Source: the human T2T-CHM13v2.0 reference genome, Homo sapiens
Strand: one strand, 5' to 3'
Length of the DNA: 64,000 nt
Assembly: GCF_009914755.1 (NCBI RefSeq)
Contig: NC_060947.1
Shown: one piece after another, positions 38,801 to 51,304 of the stretch
Numbering within the stretch: the stretch's first letter is position 1
How the letters are laid out: every line of letters begins with the position of its first letter
Position numbers and translations under genes: made by a program
The notes under the pieces: model-generated
What the model was told of the DNA's origin: nothing
Seen by the model: the letters and a program-made list of their open reading frames with translations, nothing else
The model's database searches: none

Positions 38801-40734
38801 AGGGTTCAGAGAAGGATGACTATGCTTCTTTTACATTTTCAGGAAAACACTGCAGTGCCTGCCTGGAAATCACCTGGCTGGTGACATTTGGAAAGGATAA
38901 TTTATTTATTTGCTTGTTGGTATGTTATGAGTTTTGAAATATGATTTTAACTTCATTTCATGTAGACCTCACTGCATCAGGGCTCTCAGTGTCTCTGTGT
39001 AATTCATGCAAACACCAACAGGTAGGCTTGCAGAAGCCTTGTAATTGTTTACCATTTAGTATGTCACCGAAGTGGCTCTAGGGTATGCATTTGTTTCTCA
39101 GGAAAATTTCACCAGCTCCTTACACTAGGCACTTTTCCACCAGCCTAATATATTATACTAAATAGCAATCTTGTTACACCAAATACATTGCAGAAAGTAA
39201 ACTGTGAAAAAATACCAGTATAAATAGTGCAACTCTAAGGCAGATGCTGGGGAAAAAATAAAAGCCTTCCTATACAATATGCTTAATTTGTATTATTGTA
39301 ACCGGAAAGGCCATGTTTTGAAGGAAACTCACCTAGAAATGGAAGTAGGTAAAACAGTCAAATGCCGTAGCAGTGTTACCTTTCAGCAAAGATAAAGCCC
39401 TATTGTTCAATGGATTGGGAACTGAGAGCGGTCACAGAGCAGCTCTTCATGTTAGAGCTCTGTTCCAGAACTCAAGTGTAGTTCCCCCTTAGTAAGGGCA
39501 TCTGCTAATCATTACCACCAAACACGCAGTTGGAAAGACATTAAAATATACTACCTATTTTATACTGCAGAGCTGGCAGTGTGAACACAGAGCAATTCTT
39601 GGATTTGCTGGCTCTCTGAGGAGCTGACAGCCATTGGCTGTTAGAAAAAACAAAATATGAAAATCCATCAATATGTAATTATCTCTTCTCTTTTGTCTGA
39701 AGATCATATTGCTCAAAGGGATATAATAAGGCACAACACTGTTATTCTGCCTCTGCATTCTGTTTCATGCATTTTCCTTCCTAGTGAGCGGGCACCTACC
39801 TAGACCTTGCTTCTGATCGTCCACTAAGAGCTATTTGCATAGCCATAGTCTCTACATGCTTTTAGGCCTCCCTCCCTTTCTTCCTTTTTAATTTCTCAAG
39901 CCCCTGAGACATCAGTGGTTCTCTATGAGAAGCATCCTTGCCTCTTTATATTCTTAGCTAGGAAATGGGTGACAAACCCCAATGTTGCCTCATTCAGTAC
40001 CTCAGGGCATCATACCACATGGAAGTGTTCTTGGTAGCACCCTAGTGGCTTTAAGAAATACCCACATACCCTTCTAGAAGAACCCAAGAATCATGAGGAT
40101 AAGATAGAAAGGAGCCCAGGGGTTGCTAATTTCCAAGACAAGGAGTTGCCTCATTTGTTGTATTTGTTTTCCTTAGGAAATGTTTCCTACTCCCAAGACC
40201 CAGTAAAATGAATATTTTTCATTATGATTTCATAGAGGGGTAAACATAGATGGGGAAAGAATCATATGTGCAAAATAACTGGATCGTAACTACTCTTGTG
40301 GTTTTTCCATTCAGAAAATACTTGTACACAGCAACTCATTGGAGGAGGGAGGTTGTGGTTTATTATATAATCCTGGTCTGCAATTTTCCTTAGATGCACA
40401 AGATGGTTGTTTCTGTTTCTCTTTGAATTACCCGTGTTGCCCTCTGGGTATTATATAAACGATGAACTTGTATGTTCATTGAAACATTAACAATCTTCAT
40501 CCAAAATGTTTGGCATAATTTTTCTTCCTCTTGAACTCATTGCTTTTGCTGTGCTGCTGTCATTGGTAGTATCATCCAAATATAATATTGGACCTAAATG
40601 CCATCAGCAGACATGAGCCACAGGGAATAGGGCCATAGGTCATCATAATCATGTGAAATTTCTTGGGCACTGTTTACATGGAAGGAACACTTGACTATAT
40701 GTGGAAGCTTGTCTACAAGTCAGTCTTCTGGCTT

Positions 40735-40975
40735 AACTCTAGGGTAAAGAGTTCCAAAGCTCTGGAGGCAGGAGACCTAGGTTCCAGGCCCAGCCCTGCT
40801 ACTGATTTGTTCTGGGCCTTTAAGTTAATTAACCAACAAGAGCCTCAGTTTCTTTCTCTCCTTCAGGAATGGAGCTAATAATCATTTCTGCTCTGCTTTT
40901 GTTACTAAGCATCAAATGAAATGCTGTACAAGTGCTTTAGATACCAAAAAGTGCCACGCATATGCTGGTTATTCT
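40735..40975 (+). mobile_element. MIR SINE
   Basis: tggaggcaggagacctaggttccaggcccagccctgctact...gagcctcagttt. Confidence 0.75.
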
Positions 40976-42789
40976 TGTAGTTTGTATATTATTATCTAAG
41001 TCCATTATTTAATGGATTCCAGCCACAATCAACTCTTTCAAGGCATGGACTGGATTTATTCCATCATTAGCGAAGAAATTTCCTTTTCTGAGAGGGCCAA
41101 GATTACGTTTTGTGTAATCTTGCTTTCCATAGAAGTGACCACTTTCAAGTACTAATTTTACATGCACTTGAGCACTTGGCAAATAAAGTGAAACACTTTT
41201 TTAAAAAACATCTTTTCTTTTGGACAATTGTTGCAAAACCCTGATATATCATTTCTCATCAGGGTAAGGATATACACTGTTTTCAACTGCATTTCTTGTT
41301 TTCATCGAAAATGCAGCCCATTCACAACTTGTTCCTGTCTAAGGAAAAGGCTTGCACTGCTACATTTCCTCATTAGCTCTGCCTAAGACAAACTCCTGTG
41401 TCATGGCTGATGGAGCCTTTATGAGCTTTTTAGCCAAATGACTGATGTTTGCCTCGTTATGTCAGATCTGAGGGCACTCCTGGCATCTCTCTTTATTCCC
41501 TGTCTAACACCATCAATCGAGCAGCTGCCATGCACCCATGATCAGGCTGATTATGAAAATGTGCTCAGGAGCCTGATGACTCCAGTTGTTTTTTATCTGA
41601 AGAGGCCAGTAGATGCTGGCTAGAGCTTATAGTTATATGAACAGCAGATTTTGTCCCAGGATTAGCAGGTGAGAATCACTGGAGCTGAGTCCATAGCAGC
41701 TAGGTGAGGGCCATGAAAACTAACATTGGTTTATTATAGAAGAAGCTCCTAGAAGGACTGGTTTTGGCCATTTTAGTCATTTTCCCATTTATCCCTTAGA
41801 AGATTATTTTGGCCTTTTCATTTTGGTTTCATGTCCTAGACAAGTTTATTATTCTCATGACCATGGGAAGAAAGCTTTTTAAACCCAAGGCCTGCTATAA
41901 AAAAAAAAAAAAGAGTATATTTTTCATAAGTGCACTTTTTAATTAAGATAAATATTTTTTATGGGGCACATCAAAATCCAGCTGTACCTTCATGAAGTTT
42001 CCCTGAATATATGATGACAGCTTTTATTTGCTGCTGAAATTAAAAGTGATCTGTGACCTTCTCTGATCCTGAGACTGTTACTAGCCTGGTAGAGTGGTCT
42101 GCAAATGATGGGGCTTGGGCTTCATTAGGGCACTGGCCTACTCCTGTGAGCTAGCTTGATGGGGTTAGGCCCTGAGGCACGTGGCCTTTGGATGGAGCTC
42201 AGCTAAGTGCCTCATCAGCAGGGAGTCAGCTCTATAACCTCCCAGCTGAGCCCAGGCAGGATGAGGTTGAAACAGCCTATTGTTTTTTCTCCTCTAGGCT
42301 TTTTTCCTTACCCAAAAGTAGCCCTGTGGCTTTTCTCTCTTTTCTTTCTTACCTAGTCTCCCTTTGTATCACCTTTTACTTGGAAAACCAGAAACCTGTA
42401 TTATAATTTAGTTCAGAACCTCAGGTTGTTCTGAAGTGTTTGAAATAGATCGCTCTGCTGACCCTGGAGGGGAGCCCAGGCTGACCACACCAAAGGACAT
42501 CCTCATGTGTTCAGGAAAACTTGGTGAGACTGTAGCTGGATCTTGATATGCTAATTTCTAGTCATTTCTGAGAAGCTGTGCATTCTCTAAACCAGCAAGT
42601 TCTTGGGGTGCTCAAACAAGTGAATGGGGGTAACAATTTTTATATTTGCTTAACACTTTTTATAATTAGTGTATCATGGTTGCGTTTCTAGCTACTGACA
42701 AGGAGTCTAGAACATGGGTGGGAGATAAAATACAATTCAAGGCCACCTGGGAGTGAAAGAGGAAGTTTGGCAAAGAACGTAAGTTTTGT

Positions 42790-42958
42790 AACCCTTGCCT
42801 AGTGTTAGAATCACCCAGAGAGGGTTGAGAACAAACCCATGTCCAGAATCCACACCTGAACAGTTAAGTCAGAATCACTTGGATGGACCCTGTATAGGAA
42901 TGTTTTCAAAGCTTCCCATGTTATTTGAGTGTGCATGCAGCCAGAGATGAGACCACTG
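42790..42958. mobile_element. MER5-like hAT-Charlie fragment
   Basis: ttagaatcaccc...aagtcagaatc...tttcaaagcttccc...gcagccagagatgagaccactg. Confidence 0.65.
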
Positions 42959-43475
42959 GTGTGGTAGAAGAAGCATGAACTTCTAAGTCAAAGATGGGAG
43001 TTTGAGCCTTGTCTTATCTCTGTGCCTTATTGGTACTGTGGACTTGGGAAAAATCATCTAACGTTTCTGTACCTCAGGATCTTCATCTGTAAAATGAGAA
43101 TCAGAGTAATAGCTGCTATTTATTGAGTGCTTTCTTTGTACCAGCTATTGTGCTGAGCACATTACATGCATTCTTGTTTAATCTTCACAAAACCTCAAAT
43201 AATTTGAGAGTACTGTAGTTATCTCCATTTTACAGATTTAGAAACTGAAGCTCAGAGAGTGTGAATAATTTGTCCAGGTTGTATGAACAATCAGCATGGA
43301 ACCAGAACCCTTACCAGCTCATGTTTACTCCAGAGTCCAAGCTTTTAACCATGATTCTAGAAAGAATGACCACTACCAAAACAATTTCTTCACAGGGATA
43401 TGAACTAAGTGAGTTAATATATGTTTAAATACTCTGTAAACTGTGCATGGATATATGTGTGGAAGTTGCATATTA
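42959..43475 (+). mobile_element. MIR interrupted by an oppositely oriented MIR (~43105-43335)
   Basis: plus core ttctgtacctcaggatcttcatctgtaaaatgag; minus copy tttattgagtgc...ctccattttacagatttagaaactgaagctcagaga; plus copy resumes tcacaggga...actctgtaaactgt. Confidence 0.7.
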
Positions 43476-43859
43476 GTAGTGGTAGGAGTAAAAAGAATAG
43501 GCTGGGAATTTCGGTTTATGAAACATCAGAGTCAGTTGAAAAGCTGTAGACATGCAAGCAGAAGTGAGTGGGATGCGGCTAAGCATTTGTGGGCTCTTGT
43601 GGCTCGGTTAGAATTACAAGACAGCACTTTAGAACTGCTTAGCCTGAGCTAGTCAGGACTTACTCGGGTCTGGAATCAATTCAGAAATACATCTGGAACA
43701 CCCTCCTGAGGACCTCTTTGCCTTTTGTTTATGTCTACTAAATTTCAAGTTCTTTCTCAGTTTACAGAAGTAACATCAGGCACATAATTCATGTTTTAAA
43801 AGAAGAGAGAAAGAGACGTGGTTGTCATATGTGAATTAGCTGCTTTGACTTTTTTCAAT

Positions 43860-45487
43860 AGTGGATTGATCACATGCCTCTAATTTAACTCCCTTTTAAA
43901 ACCACACCAAAACTACAATAAGGGATTTTTTTTTTTTTAAAGAAACTCAAAAGGACTGGAGATATGTGAGAGGAAATAACCAAATTTCAGAAGCTGGAAA
44001 GCATTTGAGCAAATATTAGCTGATTTAGCAGATCTGGAAATCCAAATCCTAGCAGTGGGAAAGCTTAGAATCAATACAGTTCACACTGCAGAACCTTCAA
44101 AAAGCCAAGGAATTGGTGATAGCAGATATCCCTTGAAGCAGGAGTGAAGAGGGTATAAAATATAGAGGATTGATTGAAAGCTGTGTAAGAAGTTAGATCC
44201 CCAATTCCTCTCCCTCACTCTTACTGCTCTTCCTTTCCCCAGCCTTGCAGAAAATGGAACTTTATTTTTTGGAGAGGATAAAACAGAGGTTTGTTGTCCT
44301 GGAGTACTTTTCTGGAAACATGGATTTTTAGTGAACAAATGCATACACCACCAGCTACACACAGGGACTGCCAGTTTGCTTCCACTAGAATGCTGGCAGC
44401 AAGGATTCACTGTGACATTCCAGAAAAAAAGAAGATAAAGAGAAAATTCCACAAGCCTCCAGAAAGAAGGAAGAAGGGAGGAAGGTAGGAGAGAGGGAGA
44501 GAATAGGTATCATGCAATGGGACAGAATAGCTTTGGATTTCACAGCAGCACTTGAAACTCAAAGACAATCCTGAAGGAAAATAACTTCCACCTTAATATT
44601 TCTACTTAGCCAAATTATCGATAAAGTGGGAAGATAGGATAAAGACATTTTCAGACACTCAAGATCTCAGAGAAAAATTGACCTCTAACCAAGTTTTTCT
44701 CAGTAACCTACAGAGGATGTATTTGTTCACCAAAGAGAAGGAATAAATAAAAGGAGAGGAAAGCATGTCTATAGGAAACAGGAGCCATAACACAGGAGAG
44801 AGGCCAAAGGAGTCTACCAGACAGTGGTGAAGAGAATCCCGATGTAGAGGGCAACCAGTTGAGGTTGAAGTAGGTCAGAAAGCTCTGAATGAAATTTATG
44901 AAGAAAATGAAATAGATAGCTAATGTGAGTAAATGTATTGACAGGATTTATGCAGCTAGTAGAGAGTTTAAGGTTGGATTAGTGATATGTGCATAGAAAA
45001 ATGACCAAACATTAATAAAAAGCCAGTCATGATGATTGACTCCAAAAAGTTGCTCAGGAAAGGAAAATCCTAGTTTAGTACATGGCTTAGGTCTGAATAA
45101 CATATACCATCTAAAAATTGCAAAAATAAAAATTGATCTAACTAAACTTTTGACGTAAATATGTTGGGAAGATGGAGGGATGACAAGTATTCCAGTATGT
45201 AGTAGGGAAGAGGAAAGCAAGAAGGTCAACTAAATGCTCATTTTCCACAGAAGGAAGTCAATAGATAATACCTAAAAATAAAAAAATAGCAATCCAGTGT
45301 GTTTTTTAGAGAAATGAAGGCAAATGCTCCAAGAATAAAATAAAGTTATAAGCAATTGCTTGTTGAGAAGAAGGAATAATCTAGGGGTGCAGTGGCAGGG
45401 CTGGGAACTGCTTTGGGTCTTTAAGAAGCTTTGATAGGTAGTTGACTCTTGAAATCATCATATGTATACATCAATTTGATAAAAATC
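43860..45487 (+). mobile_element. HAL1-like (half-L1) element
   Basis: L1 ORF1 C-terminus-like DNA (ctgaaggaaaataacttcc...agccaaattatcgataaagt...gataaagacattttcagaca) runs into a non-ORF2 tail ending ttgactcttgaaa...tatgtatacatcaatttgataaaaat. Confidence 0.65.
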
Positions 45488-46589
45488 CCTAACATCTACT
45501 GTGCTCTTTGGCAAATACAACAATGAAAACTGCCTTGAGATAGAAAATGAAATGCACAAAGTAGTAATAGAAACTCCTTTCCTTGGTGTAGGAGATAAGA
45601 TATATATACTCCTACTAAGCAGGTGATAGTTACAAAAGAAAGAAAGAAGTCCAACAGTAAAGAAGCAAAGCCTCCATCAAACTTTTATTTTGAAGGAAAA
45701 ACAATCAAACACCAATGAAATGGGCTGTAGTACATCTGAAGGAACAAGAGCGCCGCCCGCCTCCAACCACTTCATGGCCACTTGTGCCCTGGTGTGACTG
45801 CCTAGTCAAGGGGCCAGGGAAGCTGCACAAAGACCCTTTCATCTAGCCAGGTCTCTCTCCTTAATTGCTTGCAAATCCAGTAGAGCTAACCCAAATACAA
45901 TAGGTACTTGAGATGTAGCCTCTGAAAAGAGCATAAAGTGGGACGACTATGTTCCCATCTCCTCTGACAGTAGGAATCAGGATTTCCCTGGAATTTCCCA
46001 TTAGCCTCACTTTTTAGTATTTCAGCTCTCCCAATTAGGCCAAATAGTGATATGCTGAATGCTGGGGCAGATCCTAAATGTCAGTTAGCGAGGTTTAATG
46101 AAAGCAAAGAGCTCTGTGCACAGGTAAGTCATATTAACAGATATTTGTAGTCATTTGCATAATTGATGTGACTAAATAGTTTAATCAGGAGAATATTGGA
46201 AATATTTGTTACACTTTTAGCCTCCTTTTGTATTGCTCTAGGATAAAAACTGTGGAGATAACTGAAAGTATTGACTAACTCCTCAGGGGATGTGATATAT
46301 CTTTTGACAATGAAAACTCCCAATAAATTCTCAGCACTACTAAGGAACAACTCAATGGACCATGTTAACACTTCCTGTCTGTCTGTCACCAGACAACCAC
46401 CAGGGGTTACTATAGCTAGGCTCTCTACAGAAAGGGTTATGACATCTGCTGGGGGGCAGATGAAGGGGTCTGGCTTACCCTATTTTCTATGGTGAAGCTA
46501 CAGTTAGTTAATTTGAAATTAATAATGCCTTAGTGGAGTTTACCAAAAACCTCTGCTTGTGGGGCCTTGCAACAAAGAGGAGAATGTTT

Positions 46590-47530
46590 AAGCCAAAAAA
46601 TGCTTAATGTCTTTTAAAATCTCAAGTCGGGCTGCTTTGTGTGTTACCCTATGAAAGGCCCTATGAGGTGGTGGAGGAGCTGAGGAGGGCAAAGAGGGGA
46701 GTGTGGTAATCTCAAAAAGCCCAGTGAGCTGGACAGCGATTTCCTTTCTCTGTGCCAGGTAAAATCAGCACAGGAGCCCTTAATCGCTTGTTGTTCTAGG
46801 GTATTATTAAGTGAATACATTTTTCATGGCCCACCTGCTAGTGTAACTAATTAACAGCCATTCTCATTAATTACATTGATCAGGATCATAAAATAATTTC
46901 AAATTGCTGAGCATGATCCGCAGGACTAAAATGGTTTCACTTTAATCCCTTAATGATTTTTTCATGATTAATCAAACAAAATATATGTAGTTATTTGATC
47001 CACTTTTTTCATCTTAGAACTGCAACTCAGGGCAATTATAGTCGACATAAAGTTGATACAAACAGAACTACGTTTCATGCAGTAGCTAATTAAGCAATAA
47101 GACACAATGGGGTGAGGGTATATGATTATCATGAGATAATCACCCCCCTGAGGAGTCACAGAGCAAAAGGTACAGTTGAGTACCTCTGCTCCCACAGGGC
47201 TGTGATTACCTTCGCATAACCACATATCCCGCCGGCGCCTTATTGCTAATCGCAAACTCTTCGTTTTACACGGAAATAAACTGAGGAAAAATGACTTTCA
47301 TCATAGGAAATGGCTCGCTGCGGTATAAAGGTTTCATCTATTAACAGTGACAACATTAATGCGTACTTTGGAAGGTGAAATAATCAATTATGCTGTTCTC
47401 ACATCATCAATAGGAGTTGGGGGATTTTAAATTGATGTTTATACTTTGAAGAGTACGTACATCTGGTAGTTTGGGTGTATGAAATTAAGTATACAAATGC
47501 TCATACATCTAATAATTAATGTTTGATTTA
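46590..47530. promoter_or_regulatory. putative conserved non-coding element / developmental enhancer
   Basis: no recognisable repeat; TAATTA at 46848, 46868, 47087; TAATCC at 46943; tgattaatca at 46965; 9 CpG in 47213-47322 against a CpG-poor background. Conservation is inferred, not measured. Confidence 0.55.
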
Positions 47531-50285
47531 ATTGGAAAGGTCTTGCTTTTAAGGTACTAGACATTTTTGAATGAAATTATAAAATAATAGTAAGGCAACT
47601 CATTTCCAAAGTCTAAAAAAGAGAAACAAATACATTTGCTAAATTTTGGCCATAATTCCTCAAATCACTGCCAGCATTAAAACTTTCACGCCATCTTCCA
47701 GCCAGCAACAAGATGTGACCAATGGGAACACGAGGCCATTTAGGTGAAGGAGATAGTTCTGGCTCTGAGACATGGTTCGTCCCCTTCCCCCTCCCCATAA
47801 ATGAATAAAAAAAATAAAACCCAAACAAACAAAAACGAAGTAAAATGACCAATATCCTTCCTGTGCCATGGCCAGGTGGCAGGGTGAGAAGGCCCTGCTT
47901 CCTAGAGTGCCACCATCCCAAGGCACTAGCGTTCTCCTATCCTTGCCTGCACACTGCATGCCATGGGAAACCAGAATTCCTTCCAACCACCAGACTTAGT
48001 TACTTCTTCATCTAGGAACAATAACGGTGTTAGAGCAGGGGTCACACAAAAGAAAAGCAAAATAAACAGATAAAAACCTACTACCCTTTCCAGCAACTTC
48101 CAAACAATACAGAGTAGAGATAGAATCTAATGGTTGACAAACATACCTTTGGCTACCCTGGCTGTGTAGTGTTTGCGTTTAATGTCTTGAACGATTTCGT
48201 TCTTGTTAACTATAAAGAAATCCCTTGTAAACTTTAATGATATTAATCAACTAAACTTCCCATTTATCATGAAAAATAACTATGTATCTGATTTATGCCT
48301 AAAACAATCAGATTTATTTCATTTCATGTTTCCCTTCTGTCGGGCTAAATAATTATGGTTTTCTCAAAAGTGGTTTCTTTAAAACTGTCTTTCTCTATGT
48401 TAACTCTAGAACGGTAACAGAGTAGGTAAATAGTTGTTGGCTCTTGAAGAGGTTCATCCAAATTTGCCCAAGTTTGTCTCAAAATTAGAATGCCTGGTTT
48501 AGCATCTGTGGACTTCCTGAAGGAAATGCAATCATGTACTTATTGTGACCCTGTGAAATGAATATAAGTTGTGTCATATGCAGGATGCATTACTGACTTT
48601 ATGACATGCATGCATTGAAAATTGAGTACGTCCTATATATAAAAGCATCCTTCAATTTCTTATATTATGTTTTTAAAGTAAGTCAGTTAACAATATGATG
48701 AATTGAAAAATATATATGTAAAACAACTGGACATCAGATTCAGGAATTTTCCTTAACATGTTGGTAAGTGAAGAGCTGTCTTTGAAAACAAGAGTCTCAC
48801 TTTAACCTTGCTAAACATTCAATTCAAGCCATACGGCTTGATCAGTCCAAACATTTGACTTGATGTGGCTCTGCTTGGCATGGGGTTCTCTACCATAGAG
48901 AAGCAGTTTTTGTGGTCAGCGTTATGAATGACCAAGACTTTGCTGAAAAACAAAACAGGCAGAAGATATAGGCAATCAGTATGATCTTGAAACATTGGCT
49001 TCATACTGAGTCTGCTGGTCTCTCAGCTTATCTCGGGTTCACAGCAGCACTCAAGCTTACATTATGTATTACGAAGAGGAAATGTCAGTTATTAACTTAA
49101 GTAGCATAGGTACGAATTGTAAAAGGGCTTTTAAAGTGCCAAATGCTGGAAAAAGGAAATTAAATGTAGTTATTTATGATAGAGCTTTAGAAATACTTAG
49201 ATTTGTTCTTGAAAGACCTGGCATTTAGATTTTAAATCATGTTCAGTCCTCGAACTTGAACAATTCATGCAAAAATAAGAATAAAGACATCTTCCCCTAT
49301 AATCATCTAAGTGCATGTATGTGTATTTGGCCATGATTTCTGCTCCCCCATCCCCCAAAGCAATCAACCATCACAACTTTCTCCTTCAATAAAACATAAC
49401 ACTTTCTTCTGTCTGGTGAGTTGAAATGATGACAGGTGAAAAAATTGACAAGTGAAGGACATTTGTAAACCTCTTTCAATTGAGATCAATTTTTGGTTTT
49501 TGTGTATGTGTGACTCTTCCACATTTGGTGGATATCGTCTAGAGAGATCTTTGCACTTGTGAACATTGCAGGTGTTTTGATCTTTCCAAGCTAAGGAGAC
49601 TTGGTAGTCTTGTGTGGAATTTAGCAACACAATAGGTCTTTAGATAGATAGTCCACATGGTTTCAATGAAGTGCCATTTAGGAATTGCTCATTGGCCCAA
49701 ACAAGTAGGAGGACAGCTTGGCGAGACAGATGGAAAAGGCTGCTTTAAGAAGGGATCAGAAAAGGCATTGCTCCTCTGCCGGCCTAAATCCACTAATCTG
49801 ATGTTATTATTAGCGATAAGGAGCAGTAGCCAGAAGAAAATCTCATTCTCTACAAATGTCATTTAAATAGGACTCTGATATTTTCTGGTCAAGTCGACGG
49901 GCGTTATTCAAATACTGAGCACTTTATTTGTAAATGCAAGAAGGAAAGAAAAGCTTCAGTTCAGCAGTACTTAGGACGTCAGCTTACTAGTATTGATTAA
50001 TCGTTCAGTAGTGGCAGCTGCTTCTTTATTAAATGTGCAGCTCACCATACAAAAGATATCAGGTGTAGGAAGTGTTTGTTGATAATTCACATTTTCTCAC
50101 AATGTGGCAGAACCTACTCTTACTTGTTCAACTACTGTTCTTAGGAGTTCACCTCCTTCCATCTCCAGATGCCTGCCGCCCCCAAACTCCCTGTGCCTGC
50201 TCCCAAGTCAGTTAGTAGGCTGAGCCTCCTCCAAGCAGGCAGTGACTGCAACATTTAAAAAACATATTTGGAAATATTTTAAAAG

Positions 50286-50491
50286 TGTCCCAAGCTAAGT
50301 GTAGAGCAAATGCAAAGGCTCTGAGGTATGAATGAGCTTGGCAAGTTGAAGAAAGAGAAAGGAGGCCAGTCTTGGCAAGAAGAGAGTAATTAAGTTGGAG
50401 AGTGGCATGAAATGATATAAAAGAAGTAGGGAGGACAGATACTGTAGGGCCTGGAAGGCCATGGAAAGGAGTTACATTTCATTCTGAGAGC
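50286..50491 (+). repeat. local direct duplication of an L2 segment (copy of 51551-51757)
   Basis: hand alignment: about 16-17 differences in ~207 bp (~92%). Confidence 0.95.
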
Positions 50492-51304
50492 GTTTCTTTT
50501 ACATTTCTTTTTCTTTCCTTGTCATTGTTTTGCTCTTTGGGAAGATCTTGCTACTTAAGTACTAATTTCAATTATAGATGTAGCACATATATTGCTAATG
50601 AGTCATATTCTCAGAATTGTGAAACTACTTCTTACTTGGGGAATGAGGCAGCTTAAGAAGCTGAAAGAATTCTTTGAGACCACTAGAGGTACTGTTTAGC
50701 AAGTTATCTGCTTCACAGAAATTGTACCCCAGCGAGGGCAAATATTTTCTGAAGTTTTCTAAAATATCTCACAGTCGGAGGTGAGTTTACACTTTAGGAG
50801 AGCCTGGCATCTATGTAAATCGTCAATGAATTTATCCCAAATTCACCTTTAAGAAACGAAAGTCCAGTAAAAAAGCTTTCTAACTCTTTCCCATCCTTTA
50901 AGATCAGTTTTAAGTTCATCTTCCTTTAGTATTCTCCAGCTCTTTAAATTTTCTTGGCATTTAACTTCAGTGGCCCTCACTTGGCATTCAGTATAAATTA
51001 AGTGTGCATGTATTACAGGCATATCTTTTTTTTCTCCCTCCAACGAGAAAGTAGGAATTTCTTAAGGTTATATCTTTAGTACCTGAAATCCATATATTGT
51101 GAATTTTTGAGAACAATTATTATAAAAGATTTTAAGTTCCATAAATCACTAAAATGTCTTATAAATTTCAATATTTTAATATCCCAGCGACAAACTCTAT
51201 ATGCCTCTTTCTGCAAACAGCATAAAAATGTTTTGTTAAATCCTATGTCTCCATTCAATAATGGTTTTATTGTGCTCATCAGGAAACATGGCCAATATAT
51301 TGAT

